From the NCBI GenBank assembly GCA_010015805.1, contig ML978124.1, positions 1,488,001-1,552,000 on the forward strand: DNA of 64,000 nt. Reading direction: 5' to 3'. Shown one piece after another: positions 22,452 through 35,389 of the stretch (position 1 is the stretch's first letter; the number at the start of each line of letters is the position of its first letter). Made by a program: the position numbers and the translations under genes. A model generated the notes under the pieces. That model had not been told where the DNA came from. It saw only the letters and a program-made list of their open reading frames with translations, and made no database searches. The stretch comes from Rhizodiscina lignyota (taxonomy: Eukaryota).

Positions 22452-24044
22452 TTACACAATGACATCGGGGTTCTCCAACCTTCTCCTTGCCGTTCCAACG
22501 CCACTGACGCCCCCTTCCTGCTCTGCTCCGAGCCATGGCTTCTTCGACTCCCCGAGCACACTCTCCGTCAAATAGTAAGCAAAGTGACCCAAAATGATCA
22601 GCACAAAAGCGATGGGGTACATCCAGTGAATGTGCAAGTGGAACACCTGCACGCCGATGACCACGCCCCAGAAGTTGCCCGTCAGCAGAGAGATGTTGAA
22701 GAACGCCGCAGAAGTCAGACGGAAGAACAGCGGCGCGAGCGAGTAGAAGATGAACAGCATGGCCGTATAACCCACGATGTACCCAGCGACGGCGCCGTTC
22801 CATGTCGCCGTTCTGAAGGACGCCCGGTCAAAGATGCCGGCCTGCGTGCCATTGATGAGCATGCCCCAGAACGCCAGCTGGCCGACGACTTCGTACATTG
22901 GACGCTTGCTGACAAGAAACTCCTCGAAGCAATTACTGAGGCCATAGAATGTAGCGCCGAGCAGGGCGAAGAGGTCTCCCTTTAACGGGTCGAGTGAGGG
23001 TCCGCCGTTGCTCCCAGTGATGTGGTCAGACGCGAGCAGGAGACCCATGCCACCGACGCAGATGAGGATACCCAAATACTGCGCCAGGTGATAACGTACA
23101 TGGAGAAATATGAGAGACACGATCACCACAATAACGATGGCCCAGAAGTTGATGAGCTGTGCGGACAGAATGGTGGTCTGATAACGTTTCCGTCAGTATG
23201 TGATCCACAGTCCCATATGTAGGAGCGGAGAGATGAAAAACGTACATATCGGTAAGCGAGAACCACAAAGTAGTTCCCCTCGACGTCCATGAAGGCGAGA
23301 ATGAAATACCGCCATCCGTCGGTGAGAAGGAGCTTGCCCCATTTCTTAAAACCATATCGATAAATTGTATAACCTGAATAGACGGCGTTGAGAAGGACGT
23401 AATTAAAGAAGGTCTGGAAAGCCGGGATCGAAGTGCCTTCGTCGGCAAGCAGGCCAGAGAAAGTATTCGTCGCCGTGATGCAGAGTGCGAGGATCTGCCT
23501 GTGATTATGCTGTTAGCTGGGCCTTCGTTGATGCTGGCGTTAAAGAAACTCACCCAAGAACAAGAACGATCCAGAACTGCTTCGTCGTTAGATAGTCGAG
23601 CCACCTCCATTTCTTCTCTGGCACAGCGTCGACGTCTCCTCCGACAACCTCGGGCGCTCCAGGGCCCGTCTGCTCATTTCCAGAGCTGCCATCGCCACTG
23701 GCTGCATAGTCGTCGTCGGATTTCTTCGGTCGGACATGGGTCGTCTCGAGGATGACGGGTTCGACTTCGCCTTGCTTGGAGGGTGCCATTGCTGCTGCGG
23801 ATGACGACGATGAGACTGAGGCTGGATCTGCTGCTTTGCCTTTGCCGTCGGACTTGTGATTTCCTAGTAACGGTGCTGATTCGCCTAGCTCTTCAACTCC
23901 TTGGTCCTCTGCCTCCAATGGGTGGGAGGACGATAGTTCACTGGAGTTTTCTGGTACAGCGGCGCAAAACTCCAAAAGTCGCTCGCTGTTCGCTGATGCT
24001 GGCGGGGCCAGGTTCTGTGAAGGGAAGGAAGGAGAGGGCGGCAT
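22452..24044 (-). CDS. SLC35F1/F2-family (DUF914) DMT transporter
   Basis: GQILALCITAT, DVEGNYFVVLAY, GDLFALLGATFYGLSNCFEEF and SAAFFNISLLTGNFW, with multiple TM helices and two introns. The start could be ATG 24044 or ATG 23789. Confidence 0.88.
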
Positions 24045-24665
24045 TGTGCGCTCGCCATTGTCTTTAAGTAAGTTCTTGGAATTACAGCCAGTGCCGCCTC
24101 TGGCGCGTTGTGTGGTGGGGTGGTACGAACTTCTTCGACAGGCAAGTGGTGGAGCTCGCCGCCACTCGCAGAAGAAATTCTTTTAGTGCGCCGACGGGCG
24201 AATCAGAGGCGATATTGTCGGTCTAGATGCGGGAGCACGGCAAAGTCAACCTGTTTGGGTTTGGAGTGATGGGCAGAGACACATGAGGGATTCTTCGAGG
24301 CTGCTATGGACTTTGTCAAGAATTGAGAAGCTGACTTTCAGGTGGTGATGGATGGTCGACAGGCGTACCCATGTCGGCAGAGTATCCGAGTTTGCATGGG
24401 CCAGGCTGCATCTTCGCGACGAACTGCAGTCCTTTTTGCTATGGCATCGTTCATTGCGTGCCCTGTTTCGCTACGCCATGTATCACTAGTCTCGGATAGA
24501 AGTCAAGGTCTTTGTCGGGAAGACGCCATGTTGATCCAAACGCCGCAGCATAGAGCTAACTACGTATAATTTTATCGACGTCTAAACGTCCCATTTGTGT
24601 ATGTACAACATGCGCAGACTCCAACAAACCTTTCCAGCGCCAATCAAGAAATAAGTCTTTGCTGC

Positions 24666-25631
24666 TCACGGAGTGCTGATTGAGGCTGGTCCGCTGTCAG
24701 AAAGTGGGCTTCGTGCACGCGGAGTACCCATTGGCGAGTTCCCAGCTGAAAGAGGCCCGAACGCTTGTCCAAGACTCATCTCCGACTTCACTCGCGCTAC
24801 GCTGGGGTATAAGTGGTTCGGGAGAGTTGATGTGGGAGAGCTTGGCCTGGAAGGTTTGTCCATCAACATGTCGTAGAGCTCGCGCTGACGAGGCGTCGCC
24901 GTTGACCTGATTTCAATTCCCTGGTCTGCAAGTTTGTGAGTCTGATGACAGTTTAGTGTCGGAGAATGTTGGCCTACCGGAATACTGGCTAGAGATTGAG
25001 GTTTGAGATGACTTTGAACTTGCATCGTTCGATTGCGCGTATTCCACGGATTCATCGACCGAGGCTGCGCAGCTGTCAGTATTGCAATATCGAATCGAAG
25101 CGCTCTGCGCATACTCTCTGTGGGTGCTACAGCTAAGGGAACTCTATGACGGGAAAGTGAGCTGGAATTGTTGGAGTGTGAAAAATATGTCCGGTGGCCC
25201 TGGGAGGCTGACGCGGAACCAGAGTTGGGGGAACTTCTCGAAGGAGATTGCCCTGGGCCATTGAGTGCAGGAGTTGTGAAGCTTGACGGGCCAGGTGGAA
25301 AGTATTGTGAGTACGATCTTGCCGATGTTGGCCTTTTTTGATAACTGCCGTGCCCGGGCCACTGAGGCTGGAAGGAGGGCGACAGCTGGCTTTCTGAGGC
25401 CATCAGCTCGTTCCTTCGCTTGTGCTGCTCGCGGATGCGCTCGCGAAGGTCGTCATTTACACCTCCACCCATACATGTAAGAGCATCTTGTGCTGCGTGT
25501 GTAGGCTTGTGCCTGTAAGATTGCTTTGGTGGGTTGGATGCTGTTTGCTGCTTCTGTTGTTGTTCGCTCGCCTGTTTCTGATGCTCCTCTGCCGCCCTCT
25601 TCGCACCTCGAATTCTTTCTAGAAGTCCCAT
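24666..25631 (-). CDS. Hypothetical Ser/Pro-rich protein
   Basis: Starts MGLLERIRGAKRAAEEH and contains YRHKPTHAAQDAL. Two probable introns (25065-25114 and 24926-24977). Confidence 0.7.
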   Translation of the reverse strand: MGLLERIRGAKRAAEEHQKQASEQQQKQQTASNPPKQSYRHKPTHAAQDALTCMGGGVNDDLRERIREQHKRRNELMASESQLSPSFQPQWPGHGSYQKRPTSARSYSQYFPPGPSSFTTPALNGPGQSPSRSSPNSGSASASQGHRTYFSHSNNSSSLSRHRVPLAVAPTESMRRALRFDIAILTAAQPRSMNPWNTRNRTMQVQSHLKPQSLASIPVGQHSPTLNCHQTHKLADQGIEIRSTATPRQRELYDMLMDKPSRPSSPTSTLPNHLYPSVARVKSEMSLGQAFGPLSAGNSPMGTPRARSPLSDSGPASISTP

Positions 25632-26680
25632 CCTGAAATGCTGATGGAGAGCGTGGGTGTATGAATCTTCTAGGAAGAAAGGAGAGGAATGACGCTTGTT
25701 TTCTGAGTTACTAGTGAAGATGGAAAAGATCAAGCAAGGACATTCTTCTATGGGGGAGCCTGCTATTTGATCTCCTCGGCACCGGTCGATCTAGCGCACC
25801 TGCAACTTCGATGTTGAAGTGCACATATCCGAAACATCATCGTCTTTGGGGAATCGGCTGTCCCAGATCGGAAGGCTAGACTTAGACGATGAGGATCGAG
25901 TGTATGTCCCAAATGCCATTTATGGATTTTGTTCTGACGCCCTCGGCAAAAAGTGAACCCTGGACAAGTCGAGATCCGGAGAATTGAAGCCCTATTACTA
26001 TGGCCGCAGTTATGTGATTCCTTAGCCGGAAGAAGTGACGAATAATGAGATCCGACGTCTCAAGCATACAAGGTAAAGTACGGAGTAATAGAAATTAAGC
26101 AGAATGATAGGCTCACTGCAGCACTTGAATTAAAAGAACGAATGGAATAAATTCGACCTCACAGACCCTTTCAAATGGGAAAATTGAATGGGAAACCGTA
26201 CGGAATGGCCGACCGGCTACTGCCTGAAGCCTGCTCTCCCGAAACTTCGATCGATCATGTCTCGAGTTCGCCACAATCATGCCGGAGATCGTGCCACTCA
26301 AGACCATGGAATTGAAGCGCTTCCAATTTGAAAGAGACTAGATGACATATGATACGGAACATTGAGTGCAATGCGCAGCGACCGTGCCGGGCGAGAACTG
26401 CAGTGATCGACGCCCTGACGCCTCGCAGCGCGCCAAGGCCCGCAACACTGGCTTTGACGCCATTGCCAGCTTTAGCACCCTACCCTACCACTTCGTGCCA
26501 CGCCAAAAGCCATTCCTTACCGAGCGAGCCTCAACTCTCCGAACGCCTGCGAGACCCTCACCAGCACCCACGAGCAGCGTGTTCCTTGCACAAGCTGGCT
26601 CTCTCTACTTGCGCGCGCATTTCAGACGGCCTGGCTGCTCTCTGCGGAGACACAGGCGCTGAACCGTAACAACCTCTACT

Positions 26681-29600
26681 ATGGCACAGGTGCTGCCACA
26701 ATCGGCCAACGAGCGCAAGCGCGTAAAAGTCTACGAACTCAAAAGCAACGACTGGTTCGATCGCGGCACTGGCTTCTGCACTGGCACCGTCGTCAACGTG
26801 AGTCTCTCCGCTGCGTTGCTGGTTTTGTCGACGCGCATCGCTCTCACGCGACGTTTTGATCGAGGGGAGCCGCGTTGCCTTGACGTGCATCCGACTGACT
26901 CTGCCACATCTAGGACGAGGCGCGCATACATGTACAGTCCGAAGACGAACCTATACGCACACTTCTGGAGACAAAGATATCAAAGGATGATGGCTACCAG
27001 AAACAACAAGGTACTTTCGCCGCGGGCGAGATTGGCCTGGGTGGTGCTCACCGGGAAACAGATACACTCATTGTGTGGACGGAGCAAAATGGCACGGACA
27101 TGGCTCTCAGTTTTCAAGAGGCGGAAGGATGTGGGGCAATATGGTTTGTGGACGCGCTCTCTTTCAACACAAACATGATAGTAACACTCACCAGGGACTT
27201 CGTGAGCGATATCCAACAGAGACTCGGGGGATTGCCGCCTGGAGGTACGTAACACGCCGAGCAGTCGACCTCAGATGTCTGAACGATTGACACAATTCCT
27301 CGTGCATTTCTGCTACGTCGCATGCTGACTGGTTTTATCGCAGATGATGGTCTCTCGGACGAAGCTCTCGATGGCATGCATGCAGTCATGCTCCCCCCAC
27401 CAGACCTAAGTAACCTTCAAGAAATTGAGAACATGATGCGAATGGCGAACGGATCAGCAGCTGGTCGCGATGCCTTGACGAAGTTCGTTGTCTCGGCGGA
27501 TTACATATCTAAACTCGTCCCACTTGTCGAAATCGCGGAAAACTCAGAAGATCTCCAAAACCTCCACCGGCTATGTACCATCATGAAGACTCTCATTCTC
27601 TTGAACGACACTGCGATAATCGAATTCATTGTCAACGACGACATTATCCTCGGCGTGGTCGGCGCTCTAGAATGTAAGTGAAATAGTTTACACAGAGGTC
27701 AAGATCACTAACACCTGGCAGACGATCCAGATTTCCCGAGTCATAAGGCAAATCACCGCCAATACCTCTCTGACGAATCACATTTCAAGGAAGTCGTCAG
27801 AATAGAGGACGATAACGTTAAGAGGAAGATCCATTACACATACCGGCTTCAGTACCTCAAAGACGTCGTTCTCGCCCGCATCCTCGACGATCCTACCTTC
27901 TCCGTCCTCAACTCTCTCATCTTCTTCCACCAAGTCGATATTGTCCAGCACCTCCAGGCAAACATGCCATTCCTAAAGGAGCTCTTCGGCATCTTCGGTC
28001 CGCAGGAAACTGACGGTCAACGCAAAAAGGATGCCGTTCTCTTCATACAGAACTGTTGCGCGATAGCGAAGAGCTTGCAGGCGCAGCCGCGAGCTCAGCT
28101 ATACCAGAATCTCATCAACTGCGGCCTATTCACGGTCATCACCTTTGCCTTACGACACCAAGATGCGTCAGTACGTGTCGCAGGAACCGATATCCTCGTT
28201 GCTCTCATTGACCACGATGCCCTAATGATTCGGGGTCAAATCTTCAAAGCCATAAATGACAAAACGAAGCCTCTTACCGACACACTGATTGAGCTGCTAT
28301 TGGTGGAAGTCGATTTGGGTGTCAAAGCGCAAATGGCTGACGCGATCAAAGTTCTACTCGACCCCAACGCCAATACCGCCACCATGGAAACCTTCAATCG
28401 CTCAAACAACGATTTTCTAAAAGTCCGTAGCAACATAGGTGTGCCCCCCCAGTCTGAATTATTCATCCAAAACTTTTACGACGAATCAGCGAGAAAGCTA
28501 TTTCGACCCCTCAGGGAACTTGAAAGTCAGAAGTCCATGAAGGACCTCACAATTCAGGAAGTATCCCTCTACTCCCATCTCGTCGAAGTGCTCTGCTTCT
28601 TCATCCGGCAACACTCCTTCCGCAGCAGATCGTTCATCCAGTCTGAAGGACTTGCTTCTAGGGTGGCTCAGTTGATGAGCTGCCCTGAGAAGCATCTCAA
28701 GCTCAGTAAGTATTTACTTAAAAGCTGTACCCCACACTCCTAACATCTATCGTTAGCTGCTTTGAAATATTTCCGAACCTGTGTTGGCCTTCACGAGACC
28801 TTCCACCACGATGAAATCATTAAAAATCGTCTGTTCGACCCTATCCTTGACATACTCTTCGAAACAATGCCCCGCGACAATCTCTTGAACTCCGCGTGTC
28901 TCGAACTCTTCGAATTCATCAAACGAGAGAACATCAAAGATCTCATTATGCACCTCGTGGAGAACTACCGTGACAAGCTCGAACAAATCACCTACGTCGA
29001 TACCTTCCAGAGTTTGATCTTGAAGTACGAGCAGCAGAAGCACTCACAGGCAAATCAATCCTACTCTTCAGTGGATACTGAACCGGCTACTGTGACACCA
29101 ACTCGCGCCGCTGTCAACGGTGGTAGATGGCAAGGTCTCAAAGATGCGGATGCTGAAGAGGAGGCGTACTTCAATGGCGAAGAGACTGAAGAAGATGAGG
29201 AGGCGTTGACGATTGGCAAGGATGACGTCGGCAAATCCATGGTTAATGGTGCAAGTCTCCTCAATAGGCCCTTGGTCGATTATCCCGATGATGACGACGA
29301 TGCCATGGACATCCTTACTACGGAAGCGATACCCGGCAAAAATACCGCGCCGCATCCCGAGAATGGCGATGAGGCTCCCGCGCCGAAGCCTGCCGATGAT
29401 CCCGAGGACAAGGCTCTTGACGAGCAGAAGCAAGCGCCGACACCACCACCTGAGCGGATTACCGAGAAGAGAAGGCGGGAAGAAGATGAGGAAGATGAGT
29501 TGGGAAAGCTGTCTGCCACCGGGAGCACCAACAAGAGGAGGAGCTCTTCGTCGGCCGGAAGCGATGTCAGCGCGACGGGTAATACGGCCCAGCAGACGCA

Positions 29601-29721
29601 TTTTCTGCGAAAGAAAAAGAGCACGACGTTGGCTAAAGATGGAGGAGGCCCGAAGAAAATATCTATAACCTATGCAGTGAAGGGTGGAAATGCTGCAGAC
29701 AAGACAGAAGACGCTTCTTGA
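26681..29721 (+). CDS. PSY2: Protein phosphatase 4 regulatory subunit 3 (SMEK/DUF625)
   Basis: EVH1-like RKRVKVYELKSNDWFDRGTGFC, SMK-1 domain (GALEYDPDFP, KIHYTYRLQYLKDVVL), RDNLLNSACLELFEFI and an acidic tail. About six introns. Confidence 0.94.
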
Positions 29722-31357
29722 CGACTTATGGGCTCTTGTTCTTCTTCACAGCCTTGAATCAGCTCGCTTTCCAAGTCTTGGGTCCTGGGTCGTTTTCTAT
29801 CACGGCGTACAGGAGCAAAACGGTGCATGAGGAGCGTTCTCTACAGGAACCGGGCGCTCGGCATAAAAAATTTCACCACCCCATTGACTGCGTTGCGCTT
29901 TGGATCGGCAGGCGGTCGGCTATTGAATGATCACAAACCATGAGAAATGGTCAACGTTGACGGGCTGCATGGATGCGTTGCATTACGTTCTACTTTGATG
30001 TTATTATACCTTTTTGCTTTGAGCGCTTGGGTCACTCGCGGAAGTAGGTGGCGGCGCTCTGTTTTTCTTCATGAGCTATACTTTGCCCTCCAGGGGGACT
30101 TTACAAAGTGGACAAGCTTGATCATGATGGTAGCCGGAAAGGATCGAGGTTGGTCACTATGAGTTTGCTACACACTGGGTTGGTGTGGCTACAGCTTTGT
30201 ATGTACGACGACGAAGATGGTGAATATGACCATATCGGCATACGCGCTCTCCTGTCCTCAATGCCGGTGATGCCTGTGACCCATTCGCGAACTCGCCCCC
30301 ATGCTCCACGTGCAGCCAGGCTCTCGCCTTAGTAAGCCAGATGACCCCCGTGATTTATCGTGCAGCTCGAAAGAGCGCAGCACTGTTAAGCCCATTTAGC
30401 CTTGTGATAATACAAGTGCAGCTGGAAGTCTTGAATGTATGTCATAAGGTGGCCTGGCACTTTGTATGTTGCACTGTCCGAGCAGCATTTTAAAAATTGT
30501 CCAGCGCCAATCAGAATCAACGTCATAGGCCGACCTTACCCAAAGTGGACCGGGAGCCACAAACGCGTCACGCAGGAACGGGCAAGCAACAGCGTTCTGT
30601 TCACCCTGGGAATGCCATCGAAGGGGCTGAAGTGATGTCGATGGAATCGAAATGTGAGGACAGAAGGCTTCCTAATTCAAGTGAGACCATAATACTCTGG
30701 CCAGCCAACATGGACAATGGAAATTTTCCGAAAGCAGCATATCCAATTCAAAATGCTCGTGAGCGCGCGCCCTGCGTATAACAGCGTCGATTTCCTGCAT
30801 GATGGCAATCATTGCCATCTCAAAATGGCAAATTGCAAGCATTTGGAAGAAGGGAATCAATTGTACAGTCATGGAGAGGGGAAATGCTGCGGCGACTCCC
30901 ATTTCTTCACCTGGGCGGTTAATCCTCGGCTTTGAGACCTTACCACCTTTGACCCTCTGCTCATAGCATGCTGGGCCTAAATGGGCATGCACCCGTCCTC
31001 TAGCCTTTTCTTTCAAACACCATGCTTCCTTCATCCAACGCGACCACCGTCCGCCCCCGCAACGTCAACCACCACCTCGCGACACGTCCACCACCGCCAG
31101 ACGCGTTCCGAGCGATATAAATTCCTCCTCCGCACACTCTCCTCCCCCGCGACTATCACCAACCTAGCTTTCCACCGGCGCGCGCGTGTACAACCGCCAC
31201 AAGGCCCGGAATTCCAATCGCCCGTCCACGAGCGTGTGGAATTCATCAGACATCATCGGCATTTGGACGGGGAACACATTTCGGCGAAGGCAATACTGGG
31301 TACAGCTCTCGTGCTCTGCGGAGCGGGAGGGCGAACCCCGACGGAGTCTTGAACAAA

Positions 31358-34300
31358 ATGGTACGGAGTATGCTGGACGTGATTGCTGAGGATCAATAGC
31401 TGAGAGGAGTGTATAGGTTCAATACAAACGGAAGCCTGTGCGATTCTTGTCGCCGCCGACTAAGATGGACAATCATGTCGAGGTTCGTGGAAATGTGTGA
31501 GCGCTGTCGAGCGCGTGTGGCTGACGGAACCGTCTAGGTTTGGGGCATAGACGAAACTGGAGAGGTCTTCACGGATTACGAGAGTTATCTGCAACGGTAA
31601 GAACGACATTCGCGGACACTATACAAATGGCTGACGTTGAAATATTACAGGCGCGACTTCTACAATCAGGCAAGCGACCATCTTCATATTACCTTAGTGC
31701 CTCAGAATCAAGCTCGAATGTCTTTCGCTAACACAGGTGCAGAGGAAGTTTACCTGCGACATCACCGGCCATTCGGGCCTTACTTACTTTGAAGCCCTGA
31801 ACAGCGAGGTTCGAGCGTCCAACAACTCGCCCTTGTAGATGCGAGCTAATCTGAAGAGTAGTTACATGGTTCTAGGGATGTTGAAAGCAACTTTCCTGAG
31901 CCACTCCGCGAACCAGTTCTGCGCAGAGTTCAGTTCTCACAAACTGCGCGGCTGGATGACCTAGGTTTGTCTTCCACCTCAATCCGTAATTTCCTCAACA
32001 ATTGACTAACCTAAACTTATGTAGTGAACGAAGTCCATGAAGTAAGGAAGGATCTCCAAACAGTTTCCAAGAAGTCTTACTAACCAGTATTTAGCACTTC
32101 AAAGAAGACTTCTTTCCCGGAGAGCAAATTATTGCTACCAACGAGCAGAACGACCGACTTGAAGGCACAATTCGCGAAAAAGTATCGTTCCCTGCCTACA
32201 TTGATAAGGGTGTCCAAGTTCGTGCAGCTATCTCAAATTACTTCGTACAGTTAAGCACGGGTACGGGTAATGATTCGGAAGCTTTCTTCGACAATCATCA
32301 CCTTACGCGAGACCGGAAGGTGTTCTCAAAACTTCTACTTAAATCCTTTCTAAAGCATTCGATTACGCGAGAGCCACATCACAATGCCGTCTGGATGGTG
32401 AAAGAGCACATTGCGCAAGAGTACCGGATTAGCACCGAGCTGCCACCACATCTTCAACCGCAGGTCATAGCGGAAAGCCGGAGGCTTATGGCTGGAAAGA
32501 TGAAACATGCTGTAGAGATGGGACCGAATGGGCAGTACTATTTCATCCCGAACCACGGTGCAATGGATCCGAACCAAGCGTTAGCAATACGGCAAGGACC
32601 AAAGGGACGGGGTAAAGCTCTTGCCAGCCATCCCGGCGCACACGATCCGCACTTCATTCCGTACCAACAAGGCGTCACACCACCTCCAGGAGTCCAATAC
32701 CTTACACCTTCCCTTCACCCTCTTATGCCTTACGGTGCAGATTTCAGTCAGTTTCAACCTTGGGCAGGTCCCGTCCCCACAACAATGCCTCAGAAACCGC
32801 CTCCTCCGCCACCCGTCAAGTATCCTATTGACGATCTTGAGGTTCCTCCTAAGAACAACGGTGTTCAAAGACCAACACTCAAGTTCATCGGCAGACAGGT
32901 CAAAAAGGGCGAGCCGAACGGGACGAACGAAGAAACAGACGAAGAAACAGATTACAGCGAAATCCGCATGGAATCCGTCGGCTTGCTATTAGAGATTTGG
33001 AATACGCTAAATGTGCATGAAACGGTATTTGTCCTGGATTCATTCACATTCGATGACTTGCTTGAGGCCATGCGCTTCTCATCGGACGAGGTCGAATGCC
33101 AGCTCTTTAATGAGATTCATTGCGCAGTCCTTAAGCAGCTCGTCAATACGGACGGCAAGCTCCTCGTGGACCTCCCAGAGATTGAGGAAGAGGATTCCGA
33201 TGAAGAAGAGGAAGAGGAATCTGCAGAGGCAACACCAGAGCCTGAACCGCCTAAACGTACCACTCGTGGCAGCCTTCGGAAAGCCGAAGCTGAAGCGCTT
33301 CAGAAAGATAGAAGCCCGAGCGTGGACCCTAATAAACCGGCCCATCGAGCTGCTGAAATGCTCTCCGATTTTGAGTGGATTGATCATCTGAAGGACAGAG
33401 ATTTCCGATCCGGTGGTTGGCAAACCATCATGGTTGGCATTTTGCACCAACTGTCCTTGGATGAGCGACACAAGGAGGAATGCGAGGACATATTAAAGCA
33501 GCTGGCGCCTACTGACATGTCACCCACAAGGGAGACTGCCAAAACCTGCTATACTTGGATGGATGTGAACTCAAAGATCAAGGCGCTCCAGATCATCTGC
33601 ATGCTTAGCGTCACCACGAGAGCTATTAGGGAATACCTAGAAAACTGCAGCGAAGCGATGACGGAGCTGAGGAAGCAGAAGATTGAGTACCAGAGGATGA
33701 GAAAGCCTCTGTACGTTGATGAATCCCGCTTAATTTATTTATTTTTTACTGACTTTCAGCAGCGTTGAAGAGCTCCGAGAGCTTGACGACCAGCGGAAAG
33801 CTCTGATACTGGAGGAGCAGCCTCCCCCACCTGTCGCTAACGGTACTGAAGCCCACGATACCAGCATGGCAGACACGACCGCAGAATTGATCGCATCATC
33901 ACCCGAATCTGATGATCCTGAAGATGAAGAGGAAGTGTCTACGCGCGCTCTCCGTCGAGGTCAGGAACGTAAGCGTAAACGGGACGAGAATAGCGCGAGG
34001 CGCGAAAAGGAGAAGAAAGAGAAAGCCGATGCGAAGAACCCGAAAATGTCTGCCAAGATGAAGAAGATTATCCGCGACATCGAAAAGAAGAAGGAGAAGA
34101 TAAAAGAGTGCGAGGACAAGATCGCGGAGTACGATAATGACCTCCGTGAAGCGAACTGTCAGCGGACGAAGCTACTGGGCAAGGACAGATTTTCTAATCG
34201 GTACTGGTGGTTTGAGAAAAACGGTATGCCATTCAGTGGTATGCCGGACAGCTCAACTGCACACTACGGATATGCGAACGGCAGGATTTGGGTCCAAGGT

Positions 34301-34843
34301 CCGGATGACATGGAACGCGAGGGATTCCTCGAGCTCAATGACGATGAGATGGCCGGCTACAAGAATGCGTTTGGTTTCACCATCCAAGAGAGAAGGGATG
34401 CTGAGGAAGGTCCGACACAGCTGCAAACCGCCCGTGAGTGGGGTTACCTCGACGACCCGGAGGTCGTGGATCAACTGATCGGATGGCTCGACGAGCGCGG
34501 CAAACGCGAGAAGGACCTGCGGAAGGAGATGCAGATTTGGAAGGACACGATCATGACCTACATGTCGAGACTGCGCGAGCATCTGGACGAAGTGGAAACG
34601 AAGAAGGCGGAAGGCGAAGAGCAGGCGACGCGCGTGAGCACGAGGACGAAGACTTATGTCGATGTCGATGCGAGCAAGTGGCAGTGCCTTGCGTGGCGGA
34701 ATGAGAAGGCGCTGGCAGAGTTGGGCCATCTGCACAGCGAGCAGCCTCGACCGAGGAAGAAGAAAGGAGTGGCGGAGAAGAAGGATGCCAAGGTTCCGCT
34801 TGGAAAGGGCGGCAAGCCGCTCACGAGGCAAGGCGTACGATGA
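31358..34843 (+). CDS. ITC1: ISWI chromatin-remodelling complex subunit (WAC, DDT, WHIM/WSD domains)
   Basis: WAC domain (M|VQYKRKPV, FTCDITGHSGLTYFEAL), KYPIDDL, DDT domain (LLEIWNTLNV...LDSFTFDD) and WSD (LLGKDRFSNRYWWFE, WLDERGKRE). Many short 5' exons. Confidence 0.92.
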
Positions 34844-35389
34844 TTTTGTTTTCCCCGAGGGCCAGGATGGGAACACCGTGAACATGGCGTCGAGTGTTTA
34901 ACAATACCCCCTGTGTTTGGGCAACTGCTGTCAATGGGAGGGTCGGCATGGCTTTAGGTGTTGCTCGTGGACATCATGGGCAAATCAGGGCCAACGGTAA
35001 CGACAATTGTGGTGCATTGACTGGTGTTTGATTTCGGGTTTTAGAGGGTTAATTGTCTGTTCGAGCTATAGAAAACAATTCAACCTGCATCCCCTCTTGA
35101 ACAGTTTGAGTACCCCGATGCTAGAATGAACACTAAATATATGATTGTGGTTCGAGAATGTCCGTTCCATTTGGATCACTTGCACTCTTGACGGCGAGAC
35201 CAACTCAACCCTTGCGATGAGTCAAAGCTTCAAAGCCCAAAGAGAGCCGAAGAAATCCGAAACATTTAAGCCAACCCGGAAGAACCCCGTGGTATCTTTC
35301 AAAAAGCAGAGAACGCCGACTCATGCAAGTCCATCTTGTCGTGACAGCCCAACCTCTTAATGCAAAAAGAAAGAGTCCCAATCAGTGCA

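Noticed and set aside
34253..34885. 210-aa antisense ORF over ITC1, and similar shadow ORFs over pepA, SGF73, PSY2 and the SLC35F gene
   Set aside because: Expected by-products of GC3-biased codon usage on the real strand, with no motifs of their own.
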